Positions 23,850 to 34,649 of a DNA stretch of 64,000 nt are shown here, in pieces. Numbering within the stretch: the stretch's first letter is position 1; every line of letters begins with the position of its first letter. The notes under the pieces were generated by a model. That model was given only the letters and a program-made list of their open reading frames with translations. It did not search any database and had not been told where the DNA came from. The position numbers and the translations under genes are program-made. The DNA is from Rhizodiscina lignyota (lineage: Eukaryota). The stretch covers positions 1,860,001 to 1,924,000 of the forward strand of contig ML978123.1 in assembly GCA_010015805.1 (NCBI GenBank). The letters are read 5' to 3'.

Positions 23850-25155
23850 ATGTACTCTGCTCGTCAAGCAACGCACTGTAGAGCACTCGCATCTGGGAAG
23901 ACCGCTTCCCAGGTACTGAAGACGCTCAATGGCGCAGCGAGCACCTCACAGATAGGCTTCCGGCCCATCTGTATCTCTGTTCAACAGCACACGACGCCCT
24001 CCTCGCAGCGAAACTTCTCCGCCAACACTTCCGTCTCTAGAGTCAAGGAATATTTTCCGGCGCCGAATGCTCCTGGCATCCGCAAAACAAAAGCCGCTTG
24101 GCCCCATCCATTGTCAGTATCCGGCCTCAGTCCCCCAATTCGCGCCGAATCGTGCTGACTGGCTGACCAGCTACAATGACGAGCAAATGAAGCAGGTCGA
24201 GGTTGCGCATCGCGAAACACGAAACTTCTCTGATAGAGTCGCCCTCTTCGCCGTCAGGATTCTCCGATGGGGCCTTGACACTGTTTCCGGTTATAAACAT
24301 ACGAAGGCCGTTGCTCTGAACGAGACGGATCCAGAGGAGGCGCAGAGGCTGTATGGCATGACCGAGAAGAAATATTTGATCAGAAATGTGTTCTTGGAGA
24401 GCGTTGCTGGCGTACCAGGAATGGTCGCTGGTATGCTGAGACACTTACACAGTATGCGCAAGATGAAGCGCGACAATGGATGTAAGTCACTTTCAGTTGA
24501 AAGGCCTGCGGCGTCAACTAGGTTGCTATTCAACGCAAGCGAGAGCATAGCTGAAAGCTGTGTTTGATGCGCTCCAGCCCGTATTTCTTCAAATCAGACG
24601 ACTTGGTCAAACTTCAGGGTTAGCGGTGCTGACTTGCCGGCAGGGATCGAAACCCTTCTTGAGGAATCGTACAACGAAAGGATGCACCTGCTCATCTTCC
24701 TCAAGATGTATGAGCCTGGGCTATTCATGCGATTAATGGTCCTAGGAGCTCAAGGTGTATTCTTCAACGCGATGTTCGTATCCTACCTCATTTCCCCCCG
24801 TACCTGCCATCGGTTTGTCGGATACCTGGAGGAAGAGGCCGTCCTCACATATAGCAAAGAGATTGAAGCCATCGAGGGGGGCCGGTGTCCGGGCTGGGCG
24901 AACATGCAGGCTCCTCAAATCGCTATCGACTACTACAATATGCCCGAAGGACATCAATCGTTGAAGGACATGTTGTACTACATCAGAGCCGACGAATCCA
25001 AACATCGGGAGGTCAACCACACTCTCGGTAATCTGGACCAGAATGAAGATCCAAATCCGTACACGAGCGAGTTTACGGATCCGGAGAAGCCGCATCCACG
25101 CAAGGACCTTCAATTCCAGCGCCCAACCGGCTGGGAGCGCAAAGACATTGTCTAA
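23850..25155 (+). CDS. aod-1: Mitochondrial alternative oxidase (ubiquinol oxidase)
   Basis: Basic, hydroxylated presequence; [36 protein letters not shown] di-iron motifs; introns ~24113-24169 and ~24482-24643. Confidence 0.97.
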
Positions 25156-27198
25156 AGTCTTCTTTCAATGGCTTCTTCGGGAACTAGATGGTGTTTATGG
25201 CGTCGTCACTCCACTCTTACAAAATCAGCGAAGGCGTTGAAGGGCTACGGAAGCATACCGGGACGACATGGTCATCCCCTAACAACTATTTTGATTAAGG
25301 TCTCCTGACAGTATAATTTCATCGACAGGACCGTATTAACGGTCATCGTGGCCCTGACCCGATCCGATCGAGCCGCTGCTATGTATCTCCTGAGACCCTG
25401 ACCCCTTTTCATGTTCCACATCAAATCAATCTTTCCATTTCGTATCTTGACTCCACTTTTCCTCTACAGAGATTACTGCGTGCTGGAACATGGGCTTAGC
25501 AATTAGACCCATCTGGGCTTGTTTCCTTCGCATAGCATCGGCGTTTCCGCCGCACGTGGAAGTGATTTTGTGAGGATGTATGCATAACACCCATACACAT
25601 CTGCACCAGACTCTGCTTATGCATGCAGGGCGACCGTTTTTTCACACCAGGACTCCTTTCATATTCCAATTTCTCCTTACAAATTCTCTTCTCAATTACT
25701 GTAAGACCACTGTTTACACTCATTCCTGGATATGTTCCAGGAAGTAGTTCTCTGTAGTTACTCTGGCTTTCAATCTCGATGAGCCGAAAGGTTGTTTTGT
25801 TGCGGAGATAGGCCGGATATGGCGGGCAAGGATCGTCAGTTTCCCCGCGTAGTTGATGCGCAGTTACGCACAAGCCTCCAACAGACTCCGCCCCAGCCTC
25901 ACACGGGCGGGTAATGGAGCTTCCCCGTGTATTTGACAGGTCCAGCAGGTCTGTAACACGTTTTGCCTAAAGGTGTTCTGATTTTGGAAAGGGCAACAGG
26001 GTGCAATTCCCGATACTGGGGTCAGAAAAAGCACGAGTCATCCTCCCGAAACGGTGAAGCTACAGCTCCTCAGAGCTTCGGGCCGTAGCTTCAACGTCAG
26101 ACCAACTGCTGGTACTGGAGAGCACCCCACTGAAGCTTTGGGCTAGCTGCTGATTTAGCCTGGCGGGGTAGCTAGTGACGGAAGCGATTCCGATAATCCA
26201 AATTGTTAGCTCGATTGGTCTCAAATTGCACGACATCTTGTACCGTTTGCAGTTCATCGAAGCTTGTGAAGGGACGTTCAAAATAGCTATGAGCCTTCGA
26301 TGAGAGTGCTTCTGTTTTCGGACCTTTCTTTGCCTGGGCTCTTTCAAACCTTGCAACCCCGCATTCCGAAAGCTTGGGACTGGTCAAGGATTCGAGGATG
26401 TACCATGTCAAAAGCAAGCCGCCCACGTCCGCCCGTCTTGTTCAAACGTGGAACAGAGCCGTCTTGGATCTGTTGGCGAAAGAAATCCAAGACCGCCTTT
26501 CTATCGGGCGTTTTGCTTCATTGGCTCTGGCGACGGATGCGAGGCAATTACATGACCCTGAAGGCATCGCGGAACGTGGTCTCAGGCCTCGAATTTTGTT
26601 CTTGGAGAGGGGCAAAAACCTTGCAGAGCCTTCATGGTTCGCATGTGAGCTGAGATGGAGGCGTACTCCACGCGTCTAACCCCACAGTACTCCGTACCTC
26701 TGATCCCAAATTTGCGGTTCCGCGCCAATTGTCTCGAGGCGCATCTGCTACTCCACCCTACACCCTTGGATCCCGATCCTCTAATCCCTCCTATTTTGAG
26801 ATCCTTCACCCATTCGCGGATGTCGCTGAGCGGGGTTACCACTGCCCGTCATACATCTCACAGGCTCTGTGTGCACTTACTATGGGACTCTAAGCCTCTT
26901 TGCCACGGCTTTCCCCCCGCAAGCAAGCCTACCTCTCGCATTGGGCGTGCCTGGGGTCAAGGAATAGTGTCAAACCTGGCTCGGACAGCGATCTTGACCC
27001 TCCCTCGCCCCGAAGCGTCATGCGGGGTCGCAACTGGGGTGGGAGCTTCAGAAATGGAGCTTGGACGTCGGAGCTGACATTTAAGGGATGTGAAGCTCCC
27101 CAGAGCTCATCGATCCGATGACAGACGGGCTTCTGCATCGAATTGGCCTTGGAATATTCAGCAAAAAACATCGGACAGGTCCGGAACTAACAGCGAAA

Positions 27199-29602
27199 AT
27201 GACCATCCCCGAAGAAGTTGATATGTATGAACAGCTTCCGATGCACACCGTGATGGTGGCGACAGCTAATGTCTGAACAGCATCGTGTGCGGTGGTGGAT
27301 CATGCGGCTGCGTCGTGGCAGGCCGTCTAGCCAATCTAGACCACAACCTCCAGGTCCTCCTCGTTGAGGCTGGAGAGAGCAACCTGAACAACCCATGGTA
27401 TGGTGCACCATCGGGAGTGGCATTGTTGTGGAGCGGAAGCTAATGACGATCTCAGGGTCTACCGTCCGGGTATCTATCCCCGCAACATGAAGCTCGACAG
27501 CAAGACGGCTTCATTCTACTACTCCAGACCATCGGAATGGCTTGGTGGACGCCGCGCCATTGTCCCCTGCGCACACATTCTGGGCGGTGGCTCCTCCATC
27601 AACTTCATGGTATTTTCATGGGTGATACCAAAAATGCAATTGAAGCTAAACAGCTATACAGATGTACACTCGTGCATCGGCCAGTGACTACGATGACTTC
27701 CAGGCAAAGGGCTGGACCACGAAGGAGCTCATCCCACTGATGAAGAAGCACGAGACCTACCAGAGGTCATGCAACAACCGGGATATTCACGGTTTTGAGG
27801 GACCCATCAAGGTTTCCTTCGGAAACTACACCTACCCGATCATGCAGGACTTCCTCCGTGCCTCCGAGTCTCAGGGCATCCCCACAACCGACGATCTTCA
27901 GGATCTCGTTACCGGCCACGGTGCTGAGCACTGGCTGAAGTGGATCAACCGCGACACTGGACGTTAGTACAACCTTAAGCTTTCGCTTATTGTTTCCCTA
28001 TTCTAACAATACACGTCTAGGACGAAGTGACTCTGCTCACGGCTACATCCATAGCACCCGTGCCGTGTATGAGAACCTGCACCTAGCCGTCAACACCAAG
28101 GTCGACAAGGTCATCTTTGATGGCGACCGCGCTGTCGGTGTCCAGACCGTCCCAACGAAGCCGCTTTCCAATGCTCAGAACAAGCCTACGACCTACCGCG
28201 CCCGCAAGCTGATCGTCGTCTCCGGTGGCACTTTGAGCTCCCCGCTCATCCTCCAGCGCTCTGGTGTTGGTGACCCGAAGAAGCTCCGCAACGCTGGCGT
28301 CAAGCCTGTTGTCGACCTCCCTGGCGTCGGTCTCAACTTCCAGGACCATTACCTCACATTCTCTACCTACAGGGCTAAGCCTGATGTCGACTCATTTGAT
28401 GACTTCGTCAGGGGTGTGCCAGAGGTGCAGGAGAAGGTCTTCAACCAGTGGAACATCAACGGCACTGGCCCATTGGCAACCAACGGCATCGAGGCTGGTG
28501 TTAAGGTCAGACCAACAGAGGAGGAGCTGGATGAGATGGATAGCTGGCCAGTAAGTCATACTTCGGAGCATGATGGGGCTGGAATTTGCGCCTAACCTCA
28601 ATCACAGTTCCCCGAATTCAGGAGCGGCTGGGACAGCTACTTCAAGAACAAGCCAGACAAGCCAGTCATGCACTACTCTGTCATTGCTGGTTGGTTCGGT
28701 GACCACATGCTCATGCCCCCTGGCAAGTTCTTCACCATGTTCCACTTCCTCGAGTACCCATTCTCCCGTGGCGAGACTCACATCGTATCGCCGAACCCGT
28801 ACGATGCTCCTGACTTCGACGCCGGCTTCATGAACGACAAGCGTGATATGGCTCCTATGGTACGTTCTATTCCTGCTTGAAGAGCAGGACTTGAATTCAT
28901 ATGAGCAACGTTGACATTTTTTTTATAGGTCTGGGGCTACATCAAGTCTCGTGAGACTGCCCGCCGCATGGACGCCTATGCTGGTGAGGTCCAGGCTATG
29001 CACCCATTCTACAGCTTCGATTCCCCGGCTCGCGCCAGGGATATGGATCTCGCTACCACGAAGGCCTACGCTGGCCCCAATCATCTCACCGCTGGTATCC
29101 AGCACGGCTCATGGAGCTTGCCCCTCGAGCCAGGCAAGAAGCAAAGCGTGACCTACCTCAACTCCAACTCCCAGGAAATCTACGAGGACCTCAAGTACAA
29201 CAAGCAGGATTTGCTCGCGGTCGAGGAGTGGGTCAAGAGGCACGTCGAGGTATATTAATCCAACCAAATATAGTCAGTTTGATGGCCGAAGCTAATATAA
29301 TACAGACTACATGGCACTCTCTCGGAACTTGCAGCATGGCACCCAGGAATGGCAACTCCATCGTCAAGCACGGTGTGCTCGACGAGCGCTTGAACGTCCA
29401 CGGTACCAAGAACCTCAAGGTCGCCGATTTGTCCATCTGCCCAGACAATGTCGGTTGCAATACCTACTCCACCGCACTCCTCATCGGCGAGAAGTGCGCC
29501 ATGCTCGCTGCTGAGGACCTTGGCTACTCTGGCTCCGCTCTTGACATGAAGGTACCGAATTACCACGCACCGAGGGAGATCGCCAACTTGCAGAGGCTGT
29601 AA
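27199..29602 (+). CDS. Peroxisomal alcohol (methanol) oxidase, GMC oxidoreductase AA3_3
   Basis: MTIPEEVDIIVCGGGSCGCVVAGRLANLD FAD loop, GGGSSINFMMYTRAS, TTWHSLGTC, VGCNTYSTA; seven GT-AG introns; PTS1-like C-terminus QRL. Confidence 0.96.
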
Positions 29603-31095
29603 GGGATTTGCGTAGAGTGTTGCATGTGGGATGCGCGTGGAAAGGCAAAAAAGGATAATCCCAAATTGTGTATATTTTGCACGATAGTCAATGAATCACG
29701 AGTGCGGGTTGCGGCATGAACTTGCATTGACGTCTGCTTTGGCCCAATTGGATAGCCTACATAATCAAGGGTGGTTCATTGTTCACGAAGTCTTATCTCT
29801 CTTGGTGAAATGCTCCTGCAAAGTGATTCCATTGAGATTAGACCCCGTCACGCCACACAGAAGCAAAAGGCATCGACAGCGGATAGAGCACTTCGCAACC
29901 TCGCAGGCGAGCTGTCTGCCACGGCTGCTGCACAATGCGCGGAAGTCGGATGCGGGGGCTCCACGGTCATTCTTCCGGGGTATCGACATGATCCCTTGAA
30001 ACAGCTTTCTAACACTTGCGGCGCGTCTTTGCACATCCGACGCCGTGACTTGAGATTGATTTGTAGCTCCACGAGCTTCACTTCCGACCCCACCACATGA
30101 ACACTTGAAGTGCGGTTTCCGATACAGCACCCAGTCTTCCGACCTTTCGACATTGATAATTGAAACAGATTACACATCTACTCCAAACGGCCCCCTTCTG
30201 CTCCCATCGCATGCCTCGTATTGACATCCGACATCAGTGGCTCGACCATCACGACATCGGCTCTGACGCTGGTAACATAGCATGAAGGTAGATGGCACCT
30301 CATCCACGTTGAGCTCCCGACAAGTCGGCTACAAGCATCGCGATATCCAAGTACAGCCTCATTCTCCCGGTTGATTATAGAATTAGCCTTGAATACTGCT
30401 GTTGCTCTAAGCTTCGATCTCGACAGCTCTTCTCTCCATGATGCGGCAGCTCCGTGAAGTAGCAAGCGACACGTCTTAACCGTAGATCGAGACAGAATTG
30501 GAAGCTTTAGCTGATGTCACTGCACTTGTGAAATGCCCAACTCTACTGATTGACCGTCGAAGTGGTCTGTCGTCACAGCTTCTCAGAACATGCGCACATG
30601 GTGAAAAGCCACTTCGGCGAGCTCGGTGGGCTAGTACAAAGCCTAGTGCTACCGAACGGGCCGACCCGACACGAAGCGGCATGATTGGGTGTTCCAACCC
30701 TCCCCCTTTTGGTGTGTAAACAAACACGTCCCACCCGCACTGTGGAGGCAGCCAGCTCTCGCCCAGTCAAAACTGGAAACTGGTTAGCCCAATCAGCTGT
30801 CATAGTCTACTTCGCGAGCTCTGAAGCCCCGCATTCTCGAAAATTTGTGAAATTCCGAGCCCTTGACACTGTTGAACACCGTGGTGGACGACGTCCCACA
30901 AAATCAGAGTTTCCCTTTTGGCTTATTGTCGGAAATGTCCATTACATTGATAATGTTTGAATACTGCAACGGCGAAAGGAAGCAAGGAACTTCGACTCCA
31001 ACTGAATTGCAAGCTTTGTCAGTGGTCGGCAGACAAATGCACGAGGGCATAACTTAGTGAGGTTGAAATTCAAGCACATGGCGATCAGGATGGCA

Positions 31096-31126
31096 AAATC
31101 GACTCTAAATCGACTCTAAATCGACT
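31096..31126. repeat. 11-bp tandem repeat AAATCGACTCT x~2.8
   Basis: aaatcgactct aaatcgactct aaatcgact in intergenic DNA. Confidence 0.8.
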
Positions 31127-31914
31127 AGAACACAGCTGGCGACAAATTTAACAGTTGTTCTGTCACCAAGCTAGTTTATTTTAAGGCGCTGACCGGAGAG
31201 GAGGACGCATAACTTTCATGACGGATACCGCAAACGCGCGCAACGTCTAATTCGAGGACTCCTAGTTCAAGTGCGACTGGCGAGGATTCAACTTGAGTGC
31301 CGAATGTCCTCGAGATTCATCGGTGTGTGAGATTGTTGGCGTCGTGTTAGTCTGCGATCGCTACAGCGTGCCGCCGTGGCGGTCACTGGGTAAATCGACC
31401 TATCACCACAAGCAACTTGAGGACGAGAGGCTTCTATTGTGTCCAAAAGGACTTGAAAGGCACAAGCAGGGGCACAGATGTTGAGAGGCTCATTTGGAGC
31501 GTAACGCCATTGATGGGGGGGCTACATAATCATCACGCTGCTATCAAGGATCATTCCCCTAACTCAGGCCCCTCAAGTCTGGTGGAACGGAAGTAGAAAG
31601 TAACCGAGAGTCAATTTGTTGGTTGAATGCTGCTTCCGAGGAGGACTGGATGGAACGGTGGATTGTGGCGGCGATTTGAGAAGGTAAGGCGCTCTTGGTG
31701 AATGAGAAGCTGAGCTTTAAGCACGTCGTCGCGAAAGTCGCGAAGGTCTCCAGGCCTCGAAGCCGGATGTCAACTCTCGTTCTCGTAGGGGAGAAATACA
31801 GAGCGTTGACGATGATGGTGATAATGCCATTCTTCTCCAGAGCTGCTTGATGAAAGGGCCCCGCCGGGATAAGCCCTCCTCATTTACCACGACGTGTCTC
31901 TCCTGAAGTGTATC

Positions 31915-32565
31915 CTAAGCAGGCATACCGGAAATCGTAGTATCATTGCTTGAGATCCGTCCCCTGATGCGCAGCTCAGTATCACGCAGCACATTTTCCA
32001 TCTGTTCCCTTTCCAGCACTGTCACCATTGAATCCTGGGATAGATCCAAGCTGAAAGAATCAAGACCATGAAAATGCACTGCACTCTCCAGCAGGATATT
32101 TGTGTAGTACCGGACCCACGAATAATTTAGAATCACTATAGTCAATTTTAAGTGCCTAAGCTTTCCTGTCGACCCAAAATTGGCAGCAAGGCAATGAAGT
32201 AAATCTCTCGAGGCTCTTTCAATACAGAGCCGTTTGCTCCGGGTGTGCCAGACATAGGGGCCACGAACGTCAAGTCTTTGTATAGCATCAAGGGTTTGAC
32301 GACCGAAGAGCTCGACAATCCGTTTCATGTCTCCTAGCGTGAAGGAGACAGTTTTTGTGCTGAAGAAGAAATGCAAGGCTTCGTTTCGTATTTGTCGGTT
32401 CGTGTGAATCAAAGTGAAGACATCTCTTGGGTCGGATGACGCAAAGTGGGAAGATCGACATAGGTATAGGTGACTCTCGGGTGCGTAGGATTCGTAAACT
32501 CGAAGTCGGAGTTCGGTGGGGAGATCGAGAAATCGAAAAGGGCTGGCATTTGCATCGCCCGCCAT
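31915..32565 (-). CDS. F-box-like hypothetical protein
   Basis: MAGDANASPFRFLDLPTELRLRVYE and LIHTNRQIRNEA: the FLDLPxELRxxIY ... L..NRQIR.EA pattern of lineage-expanded fungal F-box-like proteins; single exon. Confidence 0.7.
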   Translation of the reverse strand: MAGDANASPFRFLDLPTELRLRVYESYAPESHLYLCRSSHFASSDPRDVFTLIHTNRQIRNEALHFFFSTKTVSFTLGDMKRIVELFGRQTLDAIQRLDVRGPYVWHTRSKRLCIERASRDLLHCLAANFGSTGKLRHLKLTIVILNYSWVRYYTNILLESAVHFHGLDSFSLDLSQDSMVTVLEREQMENVLRDTELRIRGRISSNDTTISGMPA

Positions 32566-33767
32566 TGGTTTTGTAGTTCGACTGTGCTGAGGATAGCTAA
32601 GGTCCACGAAGTGGGGTTGAGGTGAGAAAGTTAGAGAGCTCCGTGTGCTGAAAGGGAAATATTTATAGTATCCCAAATGTGTTATGATGCCAAGGAAGCT
32701 TGACGCTGTTAGTGTTTGTGTTACGTGCGATATTCAACAAGAGGTGAAGAGGAGAAGGTGAGTGTGGAAGAAGCACGGTGAGAGCTGAAGAAACACGAGC
32801 GCCAAAGTTTACAGTAATATCGAAATTCCTTGACACTCCGCGTACCGACCTTCGACTGTGTTTGATTAGCTAAGTGGCGTCATGAGATCTCAAGCAAGTT
32901 GCATAACAACACTGTGTAAAACTATGAACTTCAGAGCTGCACGGCGAGTTCCGCTGGGCCGATTGAGGAAGCCAGTAACACGTTCAATACCAGATAGGAG
33001 AAGCAGGGTCTTCATCTGCAGGCAGAAACACCACGGGCATCAACTTCTCTTGCACAAACCCCCCTGTCCCTGGAAAAGCGTTGAGTCTATCAATACTCTC
33101 CGTGATCCGCGAATGGGAGCTCAGGTCTTCGCCCTCCGTAGCCGCAATCAATTGGACGAGACACCCTCAAGAGGCGGAGGTGAACAGGAGTATCAAGACA
33201 CGACAGCAAAGAACATGCCTCCTTCGGTAGGGACAGCGAAAGAGATCTCAAGTATAACTCTGCGCGAGGCCGTAGATGAAAGTAGACATTGGTACATGAG
33301 CAGTCATTGGTACTGATTTGAACATTCACATACTGGACTGGAAACTTAAAGAGCAGCTAGACTTTAAATTGCATCTCAGCCAGACGTATGACGACGAACG
33401 AGGAAGGGCTTTTGGCGGCAATAGTGCCTTTCAACCACCAGTGTGCCTTGCACTTTTTGTCGGCGGCGATGAAAGCATGTTGATTGCTTCAGGAGTCCGA
33501 TCAAGCCTGCCACTCCTGTTGATTCTCATCGTAAATGGCTCCGAGCTGGACCTATTTCTGGCTGTCGCACTATCAATTTCTCATGTTTCATAAGCAAAGT
33601 TTGAGTATCTGCTGCTGCTCTGTGCGTTGTGGATGTTGACGAGTCACGAGTGTCGGAGATGATGAGGTGATTGAGGAAAGTGTTGCTGCCTAGCGACTCG
33701 CCGCTGATTCGCCCAGCCTCCTCCGAGCGGTCGAGCCCCGCAGCAGCCCAAGCTCTTTTTTCCTCCC

Positions 33768-33774
33768 TATATAA
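33768..33774 (+). promoter_or_regulatory. TATA box of the U1 snRNA gene
   Basis: TATATAA ending ~43 nt upstream of the ATACTT start, with a pyrimidine tract in between. Confidence 0.7.
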
Positions 33775-33816
33775 CCAGCCCTTCCTCCCTTTCGAATCGC
33801 CCTTTCCTTTTCTCTC

Positions 33817-34024
33817 ATACTTGTACGTCAAGTTGCCTCGCCCCCCCGAAAATTTCGAACTTTTTGCTGACAATGCTCACAGACCTTGTTGGGAACACCG
33901 TGATCAAGACGACGGTCGTTCTGTCAGTGCCGCCTGCATTGCACAACGCGGAGTGGCACTGGTATGAATCTCCTTCGGGGGCTTCACCGGCGCAATTTTT
34001 GCTGGCTTCCATCGCAAGATGACC
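33817..34024 (+). ncRNA. U1: U1 spliceosomal snRNA interrupted by a 60-nt spliceosomal intron
   Basis: Exon 1 ATACTT (33817-33822) plus exon 2 ACCTTG.. (33883-) gives AUACUUACCUU; stem-loop I ACCGT-GATCAAGACG-ACGGT (U1-70K loop); loop II ATTGCAC 33938-33944 (U1A site); stem-loop III with C(UUCG)G; Sm site AATTTTTG 33994-34001; stem-loop IV CATC-GCAA-GATG. 3' end approximate. Confidence 0.95.
33823..33882 (+). other. U2-type intron within the U1 snRNA
   Basis: Donor GTACGT, T-tract then branch point GCTGAC 33866-33871, acceptor CACAG ending 33882; size and signals match the mRNA introns in this window. Confidence 0.92.
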
Positions 34025-34649
34025 TCTTTTCATTGATGCTCCTGCCTGGCGTGGGAGGTTGAGGAAGGGATAGGGTTATCAAGCATCGTAGTCTAGCAGT
34101 ATTACATCGATGACAATTCTGGATTAAAGTTCCGCGCCTTATTGTGCAGACATACTGTGATGTTAAGTTCACTTTGATCACCGCGGCTAAGTGGCCACAG
34201 TGGTAACGGTGTGCTACCGACGGTACAGGAATTGAAATATGTACTCTGTCACAAAGTCTACCTACATAGAGTGCGAATTCATTCCCTCATTGGGGTACGA
34301 GCTCATGCGACGCAAATTTGTCTGGTGGTCGAGTATTTGGCATTACGAGGCCACTTTGACCCGAGGGCGATACAGCCCGTGCGTTTCGCTGGACGAAGGA
34401 TGGGTTCTTCACAGCGTTATATTCAGCGTTTAACATGCAGATGCAGACACCACTGCTCCGTCCAGAATTTCATTCCATTTCACCTATCTATTCTATGTGC
34501 ACACCGATACCCAAACGCCAGTTGCCTCGTTTGCGCCGCGGCTCGTAGCAAACTTTTACTTCGGTGCCAAACCTCCCACCAAAAAACGCACAAAGGGTAA
34601 TAGTTACTAGAGTACAAAGAAGCTTCATGAAAGATTACCTCGCTCAATC

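Noticed and set aside
33526..34181. Short ORFs overlapping the U1 locus
   Set aside because: No protein motifs; the sequence is fully explained by the U1 promoter, intron and RNA structure.
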